DNA from: Hydrolagus colliei
Taxonomy: Eukaryota
Length of the DNA: 64,000 bases
Assembly (NCBI GenBank): GCA_035084275.1
Contig: CM068742.1
Coordinates: 93,496,001-93,560,000 of the forward strand
Direction: 5' to 3'
A model generated the notes under the pieces. That model was not told where the DNA came from. It ran no database searches and saw only the letters and a program-made list of their open reading frames with translations. This document shows positions 1-11,917 of the stretch, piece by piece. The stretch's first letter is position 1. Every line of letters begins with the position of its first letter. A program made the translations under genes and the position numbers.

Positions 1-187
1 ACCAGGACAGGCCAATGAGCATTAGATTAACATCTCATCTGAAACACTTCCACCAATACAAAATTCCCTCAGCACAGCAAAGGAGTATCAGCCTAGATTG
101 TGGGTTCAAAGTCACAATTTGGGGCTTGAACCCATGACTTTCTGACTCAGAGGCACGAGTTCTATCATCTGAGCCAGGCAGACACCT
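1..187 (-). mobile_element. DeuSINE-like 5' portion
   Basis: CTTGAACCCATGACTTTCTGACTCAGAGGC is the reversed head. Related partial copies at ~10615-10815(-), 30270-30428(+), 41110-41220(-), 50560-50810(+). Confidence 0.65.
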
Positions 188-271
188 GAAACAGAATAAA
201 ATTAATTTTTTTAATAAAAAATAATAAAATAATTTGGAATAAAATGTAAACCATATAACATGCAAATTCAG

Positions 272-421
272 CTTTTGGGACGATGCTGTGCGTAATTGGC
301 TGCTGGATTTCGCCTACAAATATACAATCAATTCACTTTACAGTTAATTCTGTGAAGCGCTTTGAGACGTCTAGAAGATGTGAAAAATGTTATATCAAAT
401 GCAAGGATTATTATTATTATT
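272..421 (+). mobile_element. tRNA-SINE 3' half
   Basis: GTGAAGCGCTTTGAGACGTCTAGAAGATGTGAAAA...GCAAGGATTATTATT. Similar partial copies at ~2880-3002(+), 4470-4595(+), 5535-5708(+), 28460-28650(-), 36115-36275(-), 36935-37040(-), 39172-39250(+, head), 39535-39675(-), 45570-45670(-), 49525-49595(+), 56697-56800(-), 62820-63060(-). Confidence 0.85.
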
Positions 422-2581
422 TTCAATAAACTAGCAATACTGATCTTCTAGTGGTTGTAAAAAGTTTCGGGAAAAAAGCACAAAATGTGAAGGTTCAGAC
501 TTGGAATATATTGGTATGTGCACTCTGTCTCCATTTTTACATGACTGCAAAAATCAATGATTTAAATGATTTTTGTTCAGTATTAAGTTGAAAATGTATA
601 GCTGGATTGATTGACGGGATGGCAGTGCTCGTCAGGTACAGGGAATGAGTAGACTGCGGTCACTGTTGGGTTTGATGGAACTCAATCAGCCAAAGATTGC
701 TAATAGCACTATCAATGAGCAATAACTCCTTTATCCACCTGTATCACATAATGTAATGTGAAACCCAACATGTAGTCTGTATTATTCTAAAACTGACAGT
801 GTGTGCAAATATTAAAGTTTTCAATAAAACACTATTGAAATAAACTGAAATGAATGAACAAGATTACTTCTAGACATCAACTCCAATTCTACCAAAGTAT
901 TTTATTGATTGATTCAAGGTTCTGTCACAAATTGTTAACTTTAAGCAATCCTAATTTGAAGGCTAACGTGAAATCTAGTCAGAAACAATAATTCGAAAGG
1001 GCAAACAAAATGATCATAATCAGATTTCACAGAGCCCTATGAATAGATTTTTGGACAAAGGATGAAATTGGTGTAGTATTAGATATTATTTTCCAGGAAT
1101 TCGGGACAATGCCAGGAATGTATTTACAATGAGTACAGGACGTTGACTACAGACATATACATTGTGAGCTGCTGACAACTCCATGACTGCAGTTACTGTA
1201 GCTTGTTCAACCAGTGGGAAATACAATTCAAGCAAATAGATGAGAATGATCCCAATCCTATGATAATCCAGATTTTATCATTCTGAGTGAATTTGCTGAA
1301 TAATAAGATGTAAACAATTGGGGTTTTAATGTGCATTCAGCGTCATGGAACAAATAAAATTTTATCTGAATTGTAGCTTCAGTGATAGAAGCTGATCCTA
1401 AAAGAGCACATGTATCTTCATATATTGCCCTTGTCTTTTATTAATTTAAGACTTAACATGAAGTTAGATTTTGCTGAAAAGGTTAAGAGGTGATCTGATA
1501 TAGAGACTTGCGATAGGATAGTATCAGCAAATCAGTGAATGGTAGGCACAAAGTTTAGATAATTACAAAGGGAATCAAAGATTACTCTTTACATAGAGGT
1601 TAGTTGGAATTTCCTGCCAAAAAAATTGTTGAAGTCAAATCAATTCATTCTTTTAAAGGGGAAATAGACAGCTTGATATGGGGTTAGCAGGTCACAGAGG
1701 TAAGCAGTAGGAAGGCTGTGGAGGGCCACAGGCGAGGTGATAGGAAGCTAGTGGAGCAGGGTGAGGATGGGGGTGATAGTTTTGGATCATCTGCAGCTTG
1801 TGGAGTGAAGAGTTGGTAAGGCCGATAAGTAGGCCATTGGTAAAGTTGAGCGTGGCTGTAATATTCCTCTCTTTGGTTAATGTTTTAATTGAGCAGATTT
1901 GTGATACAATTTCAATCAGTAGTTGGTTTCATAGCAAAAGGCTCTTGTTTCTTAAAAATATCTACTTTATCAGTGCCACTTGAGATATACTGACCAATCG
2001 ACTGAATGCCTGCCATAGCCATTCCTGTTTATGTCAAATCTAACCTGCCCTGTATCATGGCTAGACCTTGTGCTTGGTATTCTTTTGAAGATTCTATAAA
2101 GGCCATTTGAAATGCAGACTAAATTGTATCAGTAATGCTAACTGATGCTCTTTTAAACATTTACGGGTAATCTGAAGAATCAGAAAATCCTAGATCTAAA
2201 TTGCCATTAGCTCCAGTTGAGTAGGCAACTAGATGCAGATGATACAATTTGTAACTGAGAAGGTGTCTACATTGGGGCCATGGTGATCTGTCTGTTTTTT
2301 CCTCCCAAATAATCCTTACACTGGCAATTAAAGCCATCATTCAGGGGAATGCCGTATCTGGAGACAGATTATTATTTTGCTGAATTATTATTTTGAATTA
2401 TTTTGCTGGTGTCCAACAGATAGGTGGTGAAAGCAACAAATTGCTTCTAACAAAAGCAAATCTTGCCTGTAGAAGGAGATAGGATCAGTTTCCACAATCA
2501 CCTGATAAATGGAATAGCATAGTTGGGGATGGATACAGCCTCATCCATTAAATGGCCAATTATAATTGAAACATCAATACA

Positions 2582-2790
2582 TCAACAAAATTACACTCAT
2601 ACAGTGCCTTTCACATTTGGAGGACCTTCCGAGGCGCTGGACAGTCATTGTTTTAGACCCGAGCTGGGGTCGGGTACGGGGAGGGTGCAGGGAAAGGGGG
2701 GGATTTGGGGGGGACCGATGGGACCGTTAAAGAGGAGAGTCTTGAGGAGGGACTTGAAGGAGGCTAGGAAGAGGGTGGGTTGGAGGGATA
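2582..2790 (-). mobile_element. L2 3' end (~210 bp)
   Basis: Tail ACAAAATTACAC...GCCTTTCACATTTGGAGGACC and SFKSLLKTLLF. Homologous to 26521-26720. Confidence 0.85.
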
Positions 2791-3124
2791 ACACACACCT
2801 GACAACTGGAACAGCATAGTCGGGGATGGATACAGCTTCATCCATTAAATGGCCAATTATAATTGAAACATCAATACAATAATAATAATCCCTGAAAAAA
2901 AATTGGTCATTTCAAACCACGACTGTTTGTGGGACACTGTTGTGCATAATTGGCAGCTGCATTTCGCCCACAAATATACAGCCAATTCACTTTACAGTAT
3001 GTATACTAGATTGGTCTTAAGTCCCAATGTGGAGCTTGAACCTGGAACCTTCACAACCAGAGTCGTCAAAAAACTGATGCACTAACAGCAGCGAGCTGTT
3101 AGTGGAACAAAAACTGTGAATCTT

Positions 3125-3655
3125 TACAGCATACAAAGTAAATTTGTATTCTTTTGTACTTTCTTTTGTTTCATTTTCTTTAATTTACTATTCAAAATGT
3201 TTGGAATTATATTTTGATTTTTACCATGGCCAATCTTTCTAAATATGTTTTTAACTCACATTTTCTTGCATTGAAATATCACAGATCTCCCTTCCAAATA
3301 TGCTCAGCAACGTTTAGGTATTTTAGGTATTTCTAAATTTTAAATATTTATAAATTAATTTTAACCATCTCCAGGTATTTTTATTTTCTTCTGACTGCCT
3401 CCAAAATATTTTTCTCTTAAAAAGGTTGCACAACTTTTTTTTTCCTATTAATTATTTGAAAAGTAGAATAATTCTGTTAAATTTCTGTCTTGAAATAATA
3501 TTTAATATAATCATTATTATTAAACAGTATTTGATATTAATTTATATATTTTGTTTAAAATTATAATAACTTCATTTAGTTAAATAAATTGTTTAATTTT
3601 AAATCATTATTATTTTAAATGATTTAATAATAATATTATTTAAAATGAGCTTTAA
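3125..3655. repeat. Very AT-rich low-complexity tract
   Basis: Almost devoid of G/C over ~500 bp. Confidence 0.7.
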
Positions 3656-4050
3656 TCAAAGGCTGTGTAGACTGCAGTTATATTCCTTAGAACAGAGGAG
3701 GTTATGGGGTAATTTGATATTAAATATGGTATTTAATATTTGACATGTAAGTGAATAACTTCTCCCCCTTTGATAAAGAAATAGAACAGTACATTATAAG
3801 GAGGCATAACCTTAATATCAGATCCAAGTCTCTTATAACTTAGATCAAGACATATATTTTAAGCTCTTTCACAGGAAACTGTAGAGGTAGTATTGATAAG
3901 AATGCCTAAAAGAAATGTACTAGAGGTATTAACGGTATGGTAAATGGTGGGGGAATTGCCATTACAAGATTTACTGAGAATTAATAACGTGGAAAAAGCT
4001 CAATGGATTGAACAGTCAACTCCAATTCCTGCTTTTCTAAATTTCTATGT
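3650..4050 (+). mobile_element. Old CR1 3' fragment
   Basis: TCCTTAGAACAGAGGAGGTTATGGGGTAATTTGAT resembles the CR1 SLEQRRLRGDLI coding sequence. TTCTATGT tail remnant. Confidence 0.6.
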
Positions 4051-5089
4051 TTACAAACACAATCTGTTTTGAATGTCCTCTTTGTCTTTGTCTTCCACAG
4101 GTTCACCCCTCTCTGTGGAAAATAATTAAATATGAGTGGAGTTTACATTTTCTAATATGAGGTGTTACACTCAGCTGTGAAATGAGGACACTGACTATTA
4201 TTATTATTATTATGCTAGCATCCTAAAGATCTGCATTTTTTTCAGGGAGACTGCCTTCAATTGAGTCCCTTAGCTTTCCAAACATACAAAGATGTCAGGA
4301 ATAGAAATATACGAGAGAGAAAAAGAGCCCAGCCAGCCTCATTAATCAATGGGAGAGAGATGTCAGAATGGGGTTGAGTGGCAAGGCATACTTCAGGTTA
4401 CTACCAAGTCCTCATTAGTGCGATTCTGGTTCCTTATTAAAAATAATTAAGAAATTTCACAAATTAGACTTGCAATTGGCTGCTGCATTTCACCGACAAA
4501 ATACACAATCACTTTACAACATATTTTGTGAAGCTCCTTGAGACATATCAACCACATGATAAGGTGTTATATTAAACGCAAGGATTATTATTTACTATTT
4601 TTAAATCGCTTGGTAACATTAGGATCAGGCAAACCTTGCAGTTCATAAGTACTGTACTGAGGACTTACAAGTGATATTGGCGGAAGCCTATGAGTGGGAG
4701 TACCTTTCCAACCTCTTTGAGAGGATCCTAAGAAACTGCAAAGAACACAAAGTCCCCAGTTGGAGCAGGCACAGAGCCTCTCTTTGCATTTACTGCTGCA
4801 CTTTGTGCCTCATCTGACACTATAACTCAGTGGTGGCCACCCATCACCACGCCATTAGTTGTGGCACACAACACATTTTAAAAATAACTCAGATAATAGT
4901 AACAATTACTGGATCCCGCGCTGAAGTGACATCATTACCACACCACCTCATCCCAAACACCAACAAGGTCAATGCCAGTCTGTGAGTTGCAGCCTTTCAG
5001 TCCAGTGTTTTGAAGTTTAATTGTTTGATCTTGCAAGTGTTTGATTTTTACTCCCAAACATGTTGTTTAGTATTTTGCATTTTGAGAGG

Positions 5090-5190
5090 AGAAATTAGGG
5101 GAGCCAATATAGTCTAGACAGTACAATTTTAAGGGGTGTGAAGGAACAGAGAGACCTGGGGGTTTGTGTAAGTGAATCTTTGAAGGTGAT
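5090..5190 (+). mobile_element. Short CR1 fragment
   Basis: Near-identical to 6120-6217 (AAGGAACAGAGAGACCTGGGGGTTTGTGTAAGTGAATCTTTGAAGGTGA). Confidence 0.75.
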
Positions 5191-6220
5191 TGATTTGATT
5201 GATTAGTAAGCCATGTATGTCGAAAAGGAAATATGAAGAGGACATTGCGTTGATAGTTTAATCCAGTTTGGGAAGAACAGTTCTTGTTTACAAAAGGGAG
5301 AACTTCAAACCCTGTGTGCTTATTTTTTTGGTGTTACAATGGTGTGCCTAACATTTTTTATACTTAGATTGGCATTTTAAGCAAACACATGCTGAATTTA
5401 ATACAAAATATCCCATTAAGTACAGATTTTATTTCCAAAAAAAGATCAGCTTCCCAGCTGACATCTCAGCTGAAATGACATCTATGGTCAAAGCAGCTGA
5501 TGAAATGAAATCTTACTATTAATAAATTACAATAATAAATTTGTCATTTAAATCCATGACTGTTTACGGGACACTGCTGTGCCGAATGGCTGCCTTGTTT
5601 CGCCCACAAATATACAGTCATTTCAGTTTACTGTATAATATGTTAAGCTCTTTGAGACATCTAGAAGAAGTGAAAAGCGCTATATCAATGGCAAGGATTA
5701 TTATTATTTAGGAAGAAAAAGCCTAAATTAGATGGGGAAGCAGTATTTAAAGAGAGTCTGTTAATTTTTGCTACACATACCGCTGATCCCAAAATTAAAA
5801 CAATGATAGATGAAATTGTGCTTTCCTGAAACAGTATTATGAGAAGAATTGCTGAGATGTCTAGTAATCTCTCAAAGCAAATTATATATTCTATCTCTGT
5901 CAATCAGTGCTTCTCATTTGTACTGAAAATTGTACTGAAAACAACGAAAATTGTGATTCAACTGACATGGCACAGCTCAAAGTCTTTGTTAGGTGTATCA
6001 ATGAAAATGTTGAAATAGGTTAGAATGATAGAATTATAGACAGAATGGTAAAATGGGCAGACACATAGCAGACAAAGTTTAATGTGGAGAAATGTGAGGT
6101 GATGCATTTTGGAAGGAGAAATGAGGGGAGGCAATATAGTCTAAATAGTACAATTTTAAGGAGTGTGAAGGAACAGAGAAACCTGGGGGTCTGTGTAAGT
6201 GAATCTTTGAAGGTGACAGG

Positions 6221-6800
6221 ACAACAACAACAAAATGACATTTATAGAGCGTCTTTCATGTCGGGAGGACGTCCCAAGGCACTGAACAGTTAGGTCGGGA
6301 CCCGAGCGGGTATGAGGAGGGTCAGGATAGGGGGAGGGAGAGTAGGAAAGAGGGGGAGAGTTAGGAGGGGAGCAGAATGCACGATTGAAGAGGAAGGTCT
6401 TGAGACCAGCCTTAAAGGAGGAAAGGGAGGAAGCGAGGTGAAGTGATTGCGGAATGGAGTTCCAGAGTGTGGGGGCAGAGAGGCTGAAAGCCCGGCCACA
6501 GATGGTAGGATGGTTTGGGCAGGGGACATGGAGCAGGCCAGAGCCTGCTGAATGAAGGGGACAGGCAGGCTGATAGGGAGACAGTAGGTCGGAGAGATAA
6601 GCAGGGGTAAGGCTGTGAATGGCCTTGAAAGTGAGGATGAGGATCTTGAATTCGACCCTCTGGGGGATGGGGAACCAGTGGAGACGGGCGAGGGTGGGAG
6701 TGATGTGGTCGTGGAGCCTAGTGCAGGAGAGTACATGAGCAGCAGAGTTCTGAATAATCTGCAGCTTGTGAAAGGAGGAGCTAGGAAGGCTGACGAGGAC
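6221..6800 (-). mobile_element. L2 LINE 3' fragment
   Basis: (TTG)n tail and stem-loop at 6221-6285. LQIIQNSAAHVL and RVEFKILIL-type L2 motifs on the minus strand. AGGACA repeated at both junctions. Confidence 0.9.
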
Positions 6801-6849
6801 AGATAGATAAGGCTGTTAAGAAAGCATACAGGATACTAGGCTTTATATT

Positions 6850-7181
6850 TCCCTATCAGCCTGCCCGTCCCCTCCGCTCATCGGGCTCTGGCCTGCTCCA
6901 CGTCCCCCGCCTAAAACGCCCTACCATTGGTGACTGGGCTTTCAGCCACTCTGCCCTCACACTGGAACTCCATCCTGCAATCCCTTCGCCTCTCTTCCTC
7001 CCTTTCCTCCTTCAAGGCCGGTCTCAGGACCTTCCGCTTTGACTGTGCGTTCCCCATCTCTCCTTACCCCTACCCTGACGCCTCCCCCCACCACCCCACT
7101 CGGGTCCCGACCTAATTGTTCAGCGCCTTGGGACATACTTCCAATGTGAAAGGCGCTCTATAAATGTAATTTTGTTTTTTG
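6850..7181 (+). mobile_element. L2 LINE 3' fragment
   Basis: Same family as 6221-6800, opposite orientation. Tail AAAGGCGCTCTATAAATGTAATTTTG. TTTATA repeated at both junctions. Confidence 0.88.
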
Positions 7182-9924
7182 TTTATAAATAGGGGCATAG
7201 AGTACAAAGTCAGGAAGTTTTGACTAGCTTCTATAAAGCTTTGGTTAGGCCTCAGCTAGAGTACTGTGTTCAATTCTGGTCACCACACTTTAGGAAGGAT
7301 GTTAAGGCATTGGAAAGAGTGCAGAGGAGATTTATCAGGATGGTACCAAGAATGAGGGACTTCAGTTATGAGGAAAGGCTAGAGAGGCTAGGTTTATTCT
7401 CATTGGAGCAGAGAAGGTTACAAGGAGATCTAATAGAGGTTTTTAAGATCGTGAGGAGATTCGATAGGATAAACAGGGAAAAACCTTTTCCACTGGTGAG
7501 TGTGTCAGTTTCTAAAAGAAGCAGAGCGGAGGTAAGGAGAATTTTTTTCACTCAGTGAGTTGTTAGAATCTGGAATACATTGCCTGAAAAGGTGATGGAG
7601 GCCAATTCGATAACAACTTTTAAAAGAGAGGTAGACATTTATTTGGGGAGAACAGGTTTGCACGGTTATGGGGAGAGAGATGGGGAATGGAACTGAGTTG
7701 CTCTTTTCAAAGAGCTGGCACAGACTCAATGGCCGAATGGTCTCCTTTTGTGGCGTAAGATTCTATGATTCTATGATCTCATCTTCAATTTGGTTGGTTT
7801 ATCTCAGCTTGTTTCATGCCACAGGAGCAGATATTTTTGAAAAACTAAAAAGTTTATTGAAGACAATAAACTTGACTGGTTCAAATTAGAGAGCATTGGG
7901 AAAGCTTACCAGACAGTGTTTTTAATGGCAAGCAATGTGATTTTAGCTGGTTAGACCCCAGCAGTATTCAAAACACACAAGGCACCCCAAGTTTTGGCCC
8001 TTGCCAATCTACACCTAATACTCTCTAGAATTAGGTAAGCAGAATGCATTCCTCAGGGAGAAAGTGTGCAGTTCATTCCAATAAATATTTCTGGTATTTC
8101 TATGTATAGGTAGGTGGGAAGCACGGAACACTCAGTTTGGATATTCTTAAGCATGGTGATGGGATATGCATCACACCCAGCTAGCCAAATAAAACAGCAA
8201 TCAATAAAAAAAAGCTATCAATATCATACTCTTTGAAGATCTGTTTAGACTTTAGTGTAAATCTTTATTATTGATATTCTTCTTCATCTAACTGTTATCT
8301 TCCTAGCTTACACATGTTGAGTTATCAAGCTGAGGATAAAACATGAATTATAAAACATTTCTGCATTCTATCTGAATATTCTGACAGAATCTTACAGAAC
8401 ATCAAGTTGCTATTTCACAAAAGTATTATTTTATATCTGAAAAATTCCTTTTGTAGGTAATGAAATGCTGACACACTGTATACTGAGATGGGCCAATTCA
8501 GTGATGCCAAATGCATCTAAGCAAGGATGTTTTAGAGTGAACTCACTGGTAAGTGATTACAATTACATCCATATGAATAGGGGTTAAATGGAGTAACAAT
8601 ATGGTACATTACTATAATAGATGACTATCACAGAGAAACATAACTCACACATTTGTGTCTGGTGCCTCAACTGAATCCTTGAAAGAACTATGCTGAGAAT
8701 CAATGGGTAAGGCACAATTTTTTCATGGTTATTGCATACTCCTGGAGTAAACTGTGAGTCATGTTATAATTTGCCACTGATTGTAGTTTTACAAGTATCT
8801 GTATAGTGCCTAGTTGTTCATTCCGAGAAAAAATCTGAATTAGTGATTCAGAATATATTCCCTATTACAATGAATGCTCTCTTGAGAGCACTTTACTTAA
8901 CCCATAAATAATGCAATCGGTTTTCTTCATGAAAAACAAAATTATTATACAAAGCACAATATTTAGATTAAATGTCCTCTAAAACTCATATCCTCTAAAT
9001 TTTTCTGACAAAGCAGCATTACAAGTAGTCTGCGTAGGTATACTTGCAGTAAAATTTTATTTCACTGACAATCACATCAGTATATACTCCTACTGGTACT
9101 TCAAAATATCATGAGATTGAAATCAAATTATTTCTCATTTGCTTTTGAGAAATCTAGGTGAGGAGCTAGTACCTATAAATGCAAAATATAATAACAACAA
9201 AATTACATATTGTATAGTGCCTTTCACATTAGGAGGACATCTCAAGGCACTGATCCAAAATGCTTCCCAAGTTAAAAAGACTAAGCAAGAGGAAGGGGTA
9301 AATCAAGAAGCAAAGGTTAAGTGACAAGAAGTTTGTGGATGGATTGTGGGAGGAAGGGAAACTAAGAAAAATAAGAGATTCCACACTACTACACTCACAG
9401 GAAAGATTAAGAGTAAGAAATGTTATGGTGAATTTGGGCTTCAACACAGTTAGGATGCAGAGGGGAGGAAAAATCGTACGTGAATCGAGCTTGGGATGAA
9501 TATGAGATGAAAATTTACAGAAACAATGACAATCAGGGTACAAGAAACCTTATCAGTGGGATCCAATGCCTCACCAATCACATTATGTGAGCGCTGAATA
9601 ACTGGCCAGGTTGCCAGGTCACCACGAACATCACTTCCTGTGTTGTGCTATGTACAGGATGCCCTACTCGTGTAACGTCAGCTATTGTTTTGCTCGGGAA
9701 GAAGGCTAGTCTGGATCTGAAACCAGGTATAGTTTGCTTCAAGTTATCTCAGGTCCACAGCAGACCTGTGTAAGCAAAGCAGTGCTGTATTAAAGAGCGC
9801 TGTAAAGGGAATGTTTTGATTTACTGAGGAACCTTGTGGTGTTAGAAAGGGCTCTAACCTTTCCCTTTTTCTGTTTCCGCATCTATATTCTCACTTAATG
9901 TTAACATTCACTTCCATTTGTATT

Positions 9925-10335
9925 TAGCTGACATCCAGTTCTATCTTTACACCAGGCTCAATATTGCCCAGACAAACTGGCAGACATCAAGTCCTGCATG
10001 AGCCTTAATTTATTTTACTTGGCATTTAAGCGACCCTCACCTCTCACTTAAGCCTTTCATCTAGTTCTTGACTAGGTCTTATTTTTGTCTGCTTCCACAA
10101 CATATCTAGCCTTTGTATCCACCTCACCTGATACAATGTCAAAGGTTTCATCCAAACTTTCAGCTCAATCTAGACTTGAGTTCTCCAGTGCCCTCCTCAA
10201 TGCTCTTCCCAATACATGCAACCATCCACAAACTCCAGATTATCCAGAACTCCATAAAGCCAAAGTGTACCAGGATCTGTCCTATCCTTGCCAGACTCCA
10301 CTGGGTCCCTATTTCCTAGCAGATTAATTTTAAGA
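9925..10335 (+). mobile_element. Old L2 fragment
   Basis: SRLEFSSALLNALP and KLQIIQNS...ICPILARLHWVPI. Confidence 0.7.
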
Positions 10336-11404
10336 CCATCAAATGACTGCTAACGCTTGGATATTTTCTCATTTCTCATTATTATTAATAATAATCTTCA
10401 CATTTAGTTTAATGCCTTTCACACCAGGGGGATATATAAAACAGGTTATACTATTTACAGTACTAGTCTTCTCATCTGTTTACAAAAAGTGGATTGTGTC
10501 CACGTCAACCATTTTTTCTAGACCGTACATTTTTATAAAGTCTATAATGCTAAAACATCACAAAATGCTTTACGGTATTTATTGTCTTGTGTTTAAGTGA
10601 CTGGTTTTGTCATGCTTATAATGACTGTAGTCAAATGCAACACCAAATTTGCACACAACCCAGTCTCCCAAAAACATGAGATGAAAAGTTATCTGGAGGA
10701 TTGATATCCAAGCCATCTCTTTTCTTATGCTAGAATGGGATCTTTATTGTCTGTCTGAGACCATGCATATGGAATCTTAGTATCGGATCTGAAGGATGAC
10801 ATCTCTGGCAGTGCTTTGCAACCAACCCTCTCCCCCAAGTCTACAAAAAAAAACAAGTTTTAGTCAAATGTACTCAAAAGTGCAATATAATATTCGACCA
10901 AAGACACAGTACTGTGCCTAAATGCGAATTGTTGTGGAACATTTGACTAGCTTTGTGCACAAAAGCATTCAGCAAATGGTAAGTAATTATACTGAATTAT
11001 ACTGAAATCCTTTTCAGTATAAGGAAATCCTTTTCTTTTTAAGTGTCTGCTAGTGGACCCTGCATTATTTGGTACACATTTATAATTTATTGTTTCATGC
11101 AGTGCTCTCCTACAAACTACCAGAACTCTGTTAGTCACTGCTCAGCTGCAGCTTCCTCCAATTAACATTGCCTTCTATTTCCTATTCATCAATCAATTCC
11201 CATTCATACACAAGGGAGAAGGGAAAGAGGGGGAGGCTAGGGAGAGACCTTCAGATAGCTGGAGACTACATTTTAGAGGGTAAAGATTGACACAGTCCAG
11301 TTGGGCCGAATGATCTGTTTCATTGCTGTAGATTCTATGTAATTTTATGTATTTTTCAATCGAATTAACTAATTTGATTATATTGTTGACCTTGTTTAAA
11401 GATA

Positions 11405-11850
11405 AGGCCTCGTACACGCATTTGTAACATCCAGGCTCAACTGCACAAACTCCCTGCTTGTCAGCCTCCCTAACTCTTTCCTCCACAATCTGCTGATCAT
11501 CCAAAACACTGCAACCAGTATCCTCTCCCTCACTAGGCTCCATGACTCTATCACCCCCCCACCACCCCTCCTCACCTGACTGGTTTCCCATCACACAGAG
11601 GATACAGTTCAAGATCCTAGTCCTCCATGGCCTTCCTCCCCACTACCTGTGTGACCTCCTAACCCCCTACCAACCTGCTCGCTCCATCCGCTCAGCCTGC
11701 TTCACGTCTCCCCCTACCTTACCTGCCCCACCATTGGCTGGCAGACTTTCAGCCACTCTGCCCCCACCATCTGGAACTCTATTCCGCTTTCCCTCTGATT
11801 CACCCCCTCCCTTGACTCCTTCAATACCTGTCTCAAGATCCACATCTTTG
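11405..11850 (+). mobile_element. L2 LINE fragment
   Basis: WFPITQRIQFKILVLHGLPPHYLCDLLTPYQPARSIRS. Confidence 0.82.
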
Positions 11851-11917
11851 ACGTTGCTGGAATGAGAGAGGAAATGGCTGTGTGATTATGTTTGAAAGTA
11901 CTGTACAGTATCAAGTA

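Larger units (their letters stand above)
6021..7777 (+). mobile_element. CR1 LINE 3' portion, split by two L2 insertions (CR1 parts ~6021-6223, 6796-6847, 7182-7777)
   Basis: EKCEVMHFGRRN and YKALVRPQLEYCVQFWSPHFRKD...LFSLEQRRLQGDLIEVFKI are CR1 ORF2 C-terminal motifs. Ends in (ATTCTATG)n-type tail at ~7760-7777. Confidence 0.92.
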
